Part shown: piece after piece, positions 55,707 to 63,424 of the stretch | Numbering within the stretch: the first letter of the stretch is position 1 | How the letters are laid out: each line of letters begins with the position of its first letter | NCBI GenBank assembly: GCA_964466585.1 | Contig: CAYXSH010000004.1 | Location: 14,463 to 78,462 of the forward strand | Direction: 5' to 3' | DNA length: 64,000 bases | From: an uncultured Syntrophorhabdus sp. | GTDB lineage: Bacteria > Desulfobacterota > Syntrophorhabdia > Syntrophorhabdales > Syntrophorhabdaceae | Program-made: the position numbers and the translations under genes | The notes under the pieces: generated by a model | Told to the model about the DNA's origin: nothing | Databases searched by the model: none | Seen by the model: only the letters and a program-made list of their open reading frames with translations

Positions 55707-57176
55707 ATGGCGATGCTGAACGAAAAAAGGGTCCTCCTTGTCCATCCCCTGGGCTACAGCCCGGAGAACGCCGGGCATGACATATCGAGAAAGGCCAACA
55801 TCATGCCGCCGCTCGGGCTTGCAAGCCTCGCGGCCTACCTGGGCCGGGCCGGCATAGAGGCCGACATCGTCGACTATTACGCCAACCCCATGTCCGACCC
55901 CCTGGTCAGGGACCACGTGGCAAGGTACCGGCCGGCATTTATCGGCCTGAGCTGTACCACGTCGAGCTTCCTCGACGGGGTCCGCGTAGCCGGCCTGGCG
56001 AAGTCCATTGAACCCGGCATAAAGACCATCTTCGGCGGGCCCCATGTGTCGGCCCTGAAGACAAGGATACTGGAAGACTTCCCCCTGGTCGACCTGACCG
56101 TGGTCGGTGAAGGCGAAGAGACCCTGGAAGAGCTCATCGCGTGCGGCGCTGAGGCCGGGCAGCTGCACCGCGTGCCGGGCGTCGTCTACCGTGACGGAAA
56201 GGAAGGCGTCGTTTTTACGGGTTACCGGAAAAAAGGCGTCGACCTCGACAGCCTCCCCTTCCCCGCCTACGAGAAGCTCCCCGGGTACCCGCTTGCCTAC
56301 AGGCTTCCCATATTCAACTACCCCGGCACCCCCAATTCCAGCTGTATATCGAGCAGGGGCTGCCCTTATTCCTGCAGCTACTGCGACCGGTCCGTCTTCC
56401 GCAACAGCTTCAGGTACAACTCCGCCGGATATCTCTATGAACACCTCAAATACCTGAACGAGAGGTTCCGCATCCGCCATGTGAACTTCTACGACGACCA
56501 GTTCACCTTCAACCGCCAGAGGGTAGCGGATTTCACCCGCATGATGATCGACAGGCCCCTTAAGATGACATTCAACTGCGCCGTTCGCGCTGAACACATA
56601 GATCCTGAGCTGGCAGGCATGATGAGGCAGGCAGGGTGCTGGATGGTAAGCCTCGGCATAGAAACGGGCGATGAAGAGCTCCTCGCACGCCACAGGAAGA
56701 ACGCCGATCTTGGAATGCTTGCGGAAAAGATAAGGATGATCAAGAAGGCCGGCATCCGCGTGAAGGGGCTCATGATGATCGGGCTCCCCGGGGAGACGAG
56801 GGCAAGCATAGAAAAGAGCATGGAATATGTCTTTTCCCTGCCCGTCGATGACATAAACGTCTCCAAGTTCACGCCCTTCCCCGGTACGCCCCTCTACGAG
56901 AACGCGCACGAACTGGGCACCTTCGAGGAGGACTGGCCGAAAATGGACTGCATGAGCTTCCTTTTCATTCCCAGGGGCATGACGAAAAAACTGCTCGAAA
57001 AGCTCTTCACGAGGTTCTACCGCAGGCACATCATGCGGCCGAAAACGCTCATCGATTACGTCACCATGATCTGGCGCTCACCCGACAGCTGGAAAAGGTT
57101 CATATCCAACATAGGCCCCTTCCTGCGCTTCGCCCTGACCGACAGGAGAATAGCGGGGGATAAGAAAACAGTTTGA
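55707..57176 (+). CDS. B12-binding-domain radical SAM protein (3 of 3)
   Basis: SSRGCPYSCSYCDRS motif; N-terminal region VLLVHPLGYSPEN...PPLGLASLAAYL. Confidence 0.85.
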   Translation: MAMLNEKRVLLVHPLGYSPENAGHDISRKANIMPPLGLASLAAYLGRAGIEADIVDYYANPMSDPLVRDHVARYRPAFIGLSCTTSSFLDGVRVAGLAKSIEPGIKTIFGGPHVSALKTRILEDFPLVDLTVVGEGEETLEELIACGAEAGQLHRVPGVVYRDGKEGVVFTGYRKKGVDLDSLPFPAYEKLPGYPLAYRLPIFNYPGTPNSSCISSRGCPYSCSYCDRSVFRNSFRYNSAGYLYEHLKYLNERFRIRHVNFYDDQFTFNRQRVADFTRMMIDRPLKMTFNCAVRAEHIDPELAGMMRQAGCWMVSLGIETGDEELLARHRKNADLGMLAEKIRMIKKAGIRVKGLMMIGLPGETRASIEKSMEYVFSLPVDDINVSKFTPFPGTPLYENAHELGTFEEDWPKMDCMSFLFIPRGMTKKLLEKLFTRFYRRHIMRPKTLIDYVTMIWRSPDSWKRFISNIGPFLRFALTDRRIAGDKKTV

Positions 57177-57368
57177 AAGTTTGTGAGGCGTTTGAGAGTT
57201 TGTGAAGCGTTAAAAAAAGAGAAAATCTTTATAAACCGAAGAAACAGAACAAACCAAAAAAACAGTTTGAAAGTTTGTGAGGCGTTTGAGAGTTTGTGAA
57301 GCGATCTAAAAGAACAAGGGATTCTTCCTTTCAACTTTCAAACGTTCAAACACTGAAACTTTCAAACC
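57171..57368 (+). repeat. ~200-bp intergenic repeat (copy 1) with GTTTGAAAGTTT-type termini and an internal 41-bp direct repeat
   Basis: gtttgaaagtttgtgaggcgtttgagagtttgtgaagcg occurs twice. The element ends ...caactttcaaacgttcaaacactgaaactttcaaacc. The rSAM stop codon lies in its first unit. Confidence 0.85.
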
Positions 57369-57377
57369 ATCTTTATT

Positions 57378-58583
57378 ATGATCGATCCATCACCCATTGC
57401 CATGGAGCCTGAAGCAAGCCCCGTGAGGCCGCTTATCGTCATCCCCGTGTACAACCATTCGGGGACGCTGCGGGACGTCGTCACCGGAGCTCTCAACGCC
57501 TGCGATGACGTGCTGGTCATCGATGACGGCAGCAGCGACGGGAACGTCGGGCAGGCCCTCCATAACCTCCCCGTCCTTTTCATTCGCCATGAAAAGAATG
57601 AGGGGAAGGGCGCGGCCATCCTGACCGCGGCAAGGGAGGCCAAAAGACTCGGCATGACCCACATCATCACCATCGACGCCGACGGGCAGCATGACCCCGC
57701 GGACTTTTACCGGTTCGACCGCATGATCCGGGAAGAACCGCTTGCCATCGTGGTGGGGAAAAGGGCCTTCGACGAAAAGACCGTCCCTTTCTCGTCGCGC
57801 TTCGGCAGGGCCTTCTCCAACTTCTGGCTGAAGGTCCAGACGGGCCGCTCCCTCAAGGACACGCAGAGCGGCTTTCGCGCATATCCCGTCGCCGTGCTCG
57901 AATGGCTGAAACTCCATGACAGGCGCTTTTCATTCGAGGTGGAGGTGCTGGTGAAGGCGGCATGGGCGGGTATCCCCCTGAAAGAGGTCGACATATCCGT
58001 CCACTATCCGGAACAGGGGAAGCGAATCTCGCACTTTAACCCTTTCAGGGATAACCTCGCCCTCACCATCCTCAACACCCGTCTCACCATGCGGGCACTC
58101 CTGCCCATACCCCAGAGGAACTACGCGGAGGAAAAGGACGGATCGGAAAAGATAACTATCCTCCATCCCATAAATTCCATGAAGACACTTCTCAGGAGGA
58201 ACGTCTCGCCCAGGCAGCTCGCCCTGTCGGCCGGCCTCGGGGTCTTTCTCGGCAGCCTTCCCCTGATCGCGTGCCAGACCCTGACCATCCTGGTGACGGC
58301 AAGCTATTTCCGCCTGAGCAAGTTCGCCGCGCTGAGCACCAGCCAGCTGTGCATCCCCCCTGTCGTTCCGGCGCTGTGCATTGAACTTGGCTACTTTATC
58401 CGCCACGGCAGGTTCCTTACGGAGATCTCCCTGGAAACCATCGGTTACCAGGGGCTCGAAAGGATCTTTGAATGGATCATAGGCGCCTTTATCCTGGGTC
58501 CCGTCCTGGGGGCCCTGGTCGGTGCCGTCGTCTACGTGATGACCTTGCTCCTCGGAAAGGAAAAGATCAGAAAGAATGCATAG
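57378..58583 (+). CDS. Family-2 glycosyltransferase fused to a C-terminal membrane (DUF2062-like) domain
   Basis: VIPVYNH, VIDDGSSDG and DxD-type ITIDADGQHDP motifs. The C-terminal third is hydrophobic. Confidence 0.8.
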   Translation: MIDPSPIAMEPEASPVRPLIVIPVYNHSGTLRDVVTGALNACDDVLVIDDGSSDGNVGQALHNLPVLFIRHEKNEGKGAAILTAAREAKRLGMTHIITIDADGQHDPADFYRFDRMIREEPLAIVVGKRAFDEKTVPFSSRFGRAFSNFWLKVQTGRSLKDTQSGFRAYPVAVLEWLKLHDRRFSFEVEVLVKAAWAGIPLKEVDISVHYPEQGKRISHFNPFRDNLALTILNTRLTMRALLPIPQRNYAEEKDGSEKITILHPINSMKTLLRRNVSPRQLALSAGLGVFLGSLPLIACQTLTILVTASYFRLSKFAALSTSQLCIPPVVPALCIELGYFIRHGRFLTEISLETIGYQGLERIFEWIIGAFILGPVLGALVGAVVYVMTLLLGKEKIRKNA

Positions 58584-59502
58584 GGGAAAGGATAAAGCGG
58601 GAGACAAAACAGGATGGACCAGCCGCAGCGTCGGCTCGCGTCTCCAGCACAACACGTTCTATGCGCTCATCAGGCTTGGAGGGCGAAGGGCGGCGTACGC
58701 GGTCCTCAGTCTTGTCGCCCTCTACTACACCCTGTTCAGGCCTGACATCCGGAAAAAAACAGATCCTTACCTCAGGCGGCGGTTCAAGACGGGGAGGGGC
58801 CTGAAAAAGCTCCTCAACTGTTACCGTATCTACGAGAACCTCGGCAAGGCGCTCATCGACAGGGCCATAATAGGCATCAGGGGCCCCGGGCACATGCGCA
58901 TTGTGTGCAGCGACCATAACCTGCTGCTGGGCCTGGTCCGTGAAGGGCGCGGACTGGTGCTCCTGACCGCCCACGTGGGGTGCTGGCAGGCAGCCATGTC
59001 GGCGCTTAGCGTCCTCAACACACCGGTAAGCCTCTTGCTCCACCGCGAAGAAGGCGACGTCGATCTCCACTATTTCGAACATTCAGGCGGCCGGGCACCG
59101 TTTCGGGTCATCGACCCCTTGAGCTACCTGGGGGGAGTGCTGGAAATGATGGATGTCCTCAAAAAAGGCGAGGTGCTTTCAATAATGGGTGACAGGGTTT
59201 TCGGAGATGCCAGGAGCACGATCCGGACGGACTTCCTGGGACATCCCGTCCGGTTCCCCTCCAGCGCCTATAAGCTCGCTTCCGCAACGGGGGCACCCAT
59301 CGCGGTCCTGCTGTCGCACAAGAGCGGCCCAGACAGCTACGAACTGACCGTTGACGACGTTATAAGGATCCCCCACGAGACCGGGCGGCCGGAGAATGTT
59401 TTCCACCCCTATGCGGAACGCTTCGCCGGGGCTCTTGAATCCTACGTGCAGCGCTACCCGTACCAGTTCTTTAATTTTTACGACATGTGGGAAGAGGCCT
59501 GA
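58576..59502 (+). CDS. LpxL/HtrB-like (LABLAT) lipid acyltransferase family protein
   Basis: 308 aa with an N-terminal TM segment. LLTAHVGCWQ sits in the position of the HX4(D/E) motif. Overlaps the GT2 gene by 8 nt. Confidence 0.65.
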   Translation: MHRGKDKAGDKTGWTSRSVGSRLQHNTFYALIRLGGRRAAYAVLSLVALYYTLFRPDIRKKTDPYLRRRFKTGRGLKKLLNCYRIYENLGKALIDRAIIGIRGPGHMRIVCSDHNLLLGLVREGRGLVLLTAHVGCWQAAMSALSVLNTPVSLLLHREEGDVDLHYFEHSGGRAPFRVIDPLSYLGGVLEMMDVLKKGEVLSIMGDRVFGDARSTIRTDFLGHPVRFPSSAYKLASATGAPIAVLLSHKSGPDSYELTVDDVIRIPHETGRPENVFHPYAERFAGALESYVQRYPYQFFNFYDMWEEA

Positions 59503-59566
59503 CAACAGGGGCTTCTTTTTCACTGCAGCTTAAACGCAATTATCTTAATGGAGGAAGGTCTGCAAT

Positions 59567-59821
59567 ATGACGTTGAAGGAGAAACTCAAAAAGATCATTA
59601 TCGAAGAATTGAACCTGGAGGAGATCGGCCCCGAAGACATCGAGGATGACGCGCCCCTTTTCGGGGAAGGCCTGGGCCTGGACTCGCTGGATGCCGTCGA
59701 GATCGTGGTCCTTCTGGAGAGACATTTCGGGGTCGAGGTGAAAAGTCTCGAGGAAGGGAAGGCGGCTTTTCAGTCCATAAACGCACTGGCCGCATACGTG
59801 GAAGAAAGGATCGCCAGATGA
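59567..59821 (+). CDS. Acyl carrier protein (type c)
   Basis: LGLDSLDAVEIVVLLE; 84 aa; ATGA overlap with the next KS. Confidence 0.85.
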   Translation: MTLKEKLKKIIIEELNLEEIGPEDIEDDAPLFGEGLGLDSLDAVEIVVLLERHFGVEVKSLEEGKAAFQSINALAAYVEERIAR

Positions 59822-61026
59822 ACAACACCCGTGCCCCTGTGGCCATAACAGGCGTGGGGTGCATATGCGCCCCGGGAAACAACCTGGCTGAATGCATGGA
59901 GTCCCTCTTCAGGGGTGAAAGAAAGCCGGGCCCGCCCCTGAGGTTTACCACGGGCCATCCCGTCACCTATCCCGTCTTCAACGTACAGGATGATCTCGGA
60001 TCATTGGAAACGATCAAAGAACCTGACATAACACGCACGGGCAGGCTCGGCCTCAAGGCCGCCCTCGAGGCCGTCGAATGCGCCGGGCTCGACAGGCAGC
60101 AGCTCAGATCGAAACGGGTCGGGGTCTGCATGGGCACCACGCTGGGCTGCGTCATGAACAACGTGGACTTCTACCGGACATACCTGAAAGACCGGGACCC
60201 CGATCTGGATGCCATCTCCGTGTACCTCAGGAGCAACCCTTCATCCGTGATCGCGAGGGAGTTCGAACTTGCCGGCCCCTGCCAGACAGTGACCAACGCC
60301 TGTTCTTCGAGCACCGACGCGATAGGCATAGGCGCCATGTGGATCAGGTCGGGCCTGTGCGACATCGTCCTGGCCGGCGGCGCCGACGAATTGAGCCATG
60401 TTGCCTGCAACGGCTTCATATCGCTCATGATCGCCGACAGCGAACCATGCAAGCCCTTCGACAGGGACCGCAGGGGGCTCAACCTCGGCGAAGGGGCGGC
60501 AATACTGGTGCTTGAATCGGAATCTTCAAAGAAGGAAAGAGGGGCAAAGGGCCGCGCCTTCGTCCTCGGCTACGGGGCATCCTGCGACGCATATCACCTG
60601 ACCGCGCCCCACCCTGACGGAAAGGGGCTAAAGCGCGCCGTCGGGGAAGCGCTGGCCTCGAGCGGACTTGCCGCGCCGGACGTGGCGTTCATCAACGCAC
60701 ACGGCACGGGTACCCTGGACAACGACCGCGTGGAATCGCGCGTCCTTTTCGACATGCTGCCGGGTATACCCTTTCTCTCAACCAAAGGTTACACGGGGCA
60801 TACCCTTGGGGCCGCGGGCGCCATCGAGGCCGCCTTCACCGTTGCCTGCCTGGAAAAGGGGGAGATACCCGCAAGCATCGGGTTCACAACGCCTGACCCG
60901 GAACTGCTCGTAACCCCCGTAGTTAACAGGATGTCCATCCCCGGCAATGTGGCCATCTCTGAGTCCCTTGCCTTCGGCGGCCACAACGGGGTCCTGGTAT
61001 TCGGAAAGGAAGAGGTTCTGCCATGA
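59818..61026 (+). CDS. Beta-ketoacyl synthase (KS of the second KS/CLF-like pair)
   Basis: TNACSSSTDAIG, NAHGTGTLDND and KGYTGHTLGAAG. Confidence 0.9.
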   Translation: MNNTRAPVAITGVGCICAPGNNLAECMESLFRGERKPGPPLRFTTGHPVTYPVFNVQDDLGSLETIKEPDITRTGRLGLKAALEAVECAGLDRQQLRSKRVGVCMGTTLGCVMNNVDFYRTYLKDRDPDLDAISVYLRSNPSSVIAREFELAGPCQTVTNACSSSTDAIGIGAMWIRSGLCDIVLAGGADELSHVACNGFISLMIADSEPCKPFDRDRRGLNLGEGAAILVLESESSKKERGAKGRAFVLGYGASCDAYHLTAPHPDGKGLKRAVGEALASSGLAAPDVAFINAHGTGTLDNDRVESRVLFDMLPGIPFLSTKGYTGHTLGAAGAIEAAFTVACLEKGEIPASIGFTTPDPELLVTPVVNRMSIPGNVAISESLAFGGHNGVLVFGKEEVLP

Positions 61027-62099
61027 AGCTTGCCATCAATGGAATAGGCGTGGTGGGCGGTTTCGGCTGCGGAACGGGTGCCCTGGCCTCGGCGCTGCAG
61101 CGCGGCCGGTGCGAACCCGCGAAAACCACCATCAAGACGACCGGCGGGCCCGTTGAAATGTCCGCCTATCTCGCGGACACGTCGAGGCTTGAAGATTTCG
61201 TCAACAAAAGGGCCCTGAGGCGCGTCGACCATTTCTCGAAAATGGCCCTCCTGGGGTCGCATCTCGCGCTCGAAGAGGCGGGCATGCTGGAAAAAGACCG
61301 AAGCAGGACGGGCATCATCATCGCGACAGGATACGGCGCGGCCCTGACCACCTACGATTTTCTCGATTCCTTCATACTGCAGAGTGACAGCCTTTCCTCG
61401 CCGACCTACTTCTCCAATTCCGTCCACAACGCGGCCGCCGCAAGCATCTCCATGCTCCTTGACATAACAGGTCCGGGCCTGACGGTAAGCCAGTTCGAGA
61501 TGTCCGTCGCCTCGGCACTTCTTTCCGCGCGATGCTGGCTTGAAGAGGGGAGGGTCGATTCCGTACTGTTCGGCTCCATCGATGAATACTGCGATGTGCT
61601 GGGCTACTGCTGGCACCGTTTCTACGGGGGGAAAGCAACCGCCCCGCACGAAATGACGCCCCTGGACCTCGACATTCAGAGCGCAATACCGGGAGAAGGA
61701 GCGGCATTCTTCCTGCTGACTGCCGCGGAGAAGGAAACAGCCTCACCATATGGATATATCGAGGACATCTTCGTGGGCAGGTGCGCCGCGGGAAAGATCG
61801 CCCTGCCCCGGGACTCAAGGCTTTTCATCGGCGCCGACGGGAACACGATGTTCGGCAGGTACTACAGTGACCACCTTCCCGACAACGGGCGGACAACCTG
61901 CTACACCCCCCTGTACGGGAGCTTCCCCACGGGCCATGCGTTCGATATCGCCGTAGCCGCGATATCCAGAAAGGAAGGAAAGGTCTTCCCTTCACCGTGT
62001 GGGAGCGAGGACATGCAGGAGATACCGCTGGGCAGCGACAGCGTCAACAGCATCGTGATAGGCAGGGAGGGAGAGCTCGCCTCGGTGATCCTGCATTAA
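61023..62099 (+). CDS. KS-like protein without catalytic Cys (chain-length-factor-like)
   Basis: ATGA overlap with the KS gene. 358 aa, thiolase-fold-like, with no Cys-His-His triad. Confidence 0.7.
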   Translation: MKLAINGIGVVGGFGCGTGALASALQRGRCEPAKTTIKTTGGPVEMSAYLADTSRLEDFVNKRALRRVDHFSKMALLGSHLALEEAGMLEKDRSRTGIIIATGYGAALTTYDFLDSFILQSDSLSSPTYFSNSVHNAAAASISMLLDITGPGLTVSQFEMSVASALLSARCWLEEGRVDSVLFGSIDEYCDVLGYCWHRFYGGKATAPHEMTPLDLDIQSAIPGEGAAFFLLTAAEKETASPYGYIEDIFVGRCAAGKIALPRDSRLFIGADGNTMFGRYYSDHLPDNGRTTCYTPLYGSFPTGHAFDIAVAAISRKEGKVFPSPCGSEDMQEIPLGSDSVNSIVIGREGELASVILH

Positions 62100-62103
62100 A
62101 AAA

Positions 62104-62318
62104 AGTTTAAAAGTTTCAATGTTTGAACGTTTGAAAGTTGAAAGGAATTCCTCATTCTTTCAGAACGCCTCACAAACTCTCAAACGCTTCATAAATTTTC
62201 AAACTGTTTTTTTGGTTTGTTCAGTTTATATGGTTTGTTCTGTTTCTTCGGTTTATAAAGATTTTCTCTTTTTTTAACGCCTCACAAACTCTCAAACGCT
62301 TCATAAATTTTCAAACTG
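62104..62318 (-). repeat. ~215-bp intergenic repeat (copy 2), inverted relative to 57171..57368
   Basis: The reverse complement of copy 1 aligns along its whole length, apart from scattered substitutions and a ~15-bp insertion (cagtttatatggttt) in copy 2. Confidence 0.85.
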
Positions 62319-62322
62319 TCTT

Positions 62323-63099
62323 TTAAGTTGGATATCCTATCAGGTACGTTAGTGGGACGGGACAGTGTGGAGGTTTTATCTCCCCGGCGTCCCACGTGTA
62401 ATCCCCCGCGCCTATACCCTCCGCCATTTCCTTCATTTCAGCCACGGAATAACTTCTCAGGCAGGACACGAGCGAATCAAAGAAGATTACAGGCGTTGCG
62501 ACCGGCAGCATGTAGGTCCATACCAGCCTCGACCACCGGAAAGGCCTCAATAAAGGGATGCAAAAGGGAACAAGCAAAGCGGTGGCCGCGAAATTGAACA
62601 TTGACCATGCCGTTCGCTGCGTTATCTCGAATATCGCGATCCCCTTTCGGCATTTTGCCGCGTCACTGAGGATATCGCGGGCCTGGCCGGGCCGGAAATG
62701 GTGGAACCCGGAAAAGATCGTCCTGAAACCGTCAAGGCCCTCGGGGACCCTTGCGGCATCCACCGGCTCAGGGCAGAAATCAAATCTGCCGTTGAATGCC
62801 CGCCTTGCATGCATGAATGCCGGCGCATTGGGATACTTGTCGGTGAGGCACACCTTGACGGGCAGCCCCTCGTCTTCGAATATCTGCTGCAGCTGGAACC
62901 ACGGCCCGCCGCTGCCGGAACACAGGTCTATGACCCGCCTCACGCCTATATTTTCAAAGACCCGGCGCAGTACCGAGGCCATCTCGACATCCATTTTCCA
63001 TTTCATCACACCGAATTGTATGTAATCGGTAACAGCAGCGCGCAGGGACGGCGGGCACAGCTTTGAGTCACTCATCTCGAACAGGTGCAATCTTCGCAT
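62323..63099 (-). CDS. Class I SAM-dependent methyltransferase-like protein with hydrophobic C-terminal segments
   Basis: Motif I VIDLCSGSGGP. 258 aa. The only minus-strand gene in the cluster. Confidence 0.6.
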   Translation of the reverse strand: MRRLHLFEMSDSKLCPPSLRAAVTDYIQFGVMKWKMDVEMASVLRRVFENIGVRRVIDLCSGSGGPWFQLQQIFEDEGLPVKVCLTDKYPNAPAFMHARRAFNGRFDFCPEPVDAARVPEGLDGFRTIFSGFHHFRPGQARDILSDAAKCRKGIAIFEITQRTAWSMFNFAATALLVPFCIPLLRPFRWSRLVWTYMLPVATPVIFFDSLVSCLRSYSVAEMKEMAEGIGAGDYTWDAGEIKPPHCPVPLTYLIGYPT

Positions 63100-63220
63100 C
63101 GGTGCAACACCTTAAGCAAAGGATCCGGGCTTATTGCCCGGCTGGCACTCCCGATAATGCAGGGCTTCCTGGAATTCAGGTATTTCTTAGCACTTCGATG
63201 ATGAGAAGTCAACTGAAGAG

Positions 63221-63410
63221 GGTTTATATGGTTTATATGGTTTGTATGGTTTGTATGGTTAAAACAACCAAAGAAACTAGATAAACTGAAGAAACCGTAG
63301 AAACCGATAAAAAGGTTTGTACGGTTTATACGGTTTATATGGTTTGTATGGTTTTTTAACTTACCAAATAAACCGTAGAAACTGAAGAAACCGTATAAAC
63401 CGTATAAACC
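63221..63410. repeat. 9-bp-period GGTTTRTAY arrays arranged as two tandem forward-array / inverted-array units
   Basis: ggtttatat ggtttatat ggtttgtat ggtttgtat ... aaaccgtag aaaccgata ... ggtttgtac ggtttatac ggtttatat ggtttgtat ... aaaccgtataaaccgtataaacc. Confidence 0.85.
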
Positions 63411-63424
63411 TAAAAAGGAGCGGT

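Noticed and set aside
55458-57029. 523-aa minus-strand ORF
   Set aside because: Antisense to the third radical SAM gene (CX3CX2C motif on the plus strand).
63139-63156. TGGCAC...TGC sequence resembling a sigma-54 promoter
   Set aside because: The spacing between the GG and GC elements is three bases too long for the -24/-12 consensus.
47132-63410. Idea that the intergenic short-period arrays are DnaA-box-like 9-mers bound by the transposase's DnaA-like HTH
   Set aside because: On recounting, the periods differ between loci (7, 8, 9 and 8/11 bp) and the units do not resemble each other or a DnaA box, so there is no common binding-site logic.
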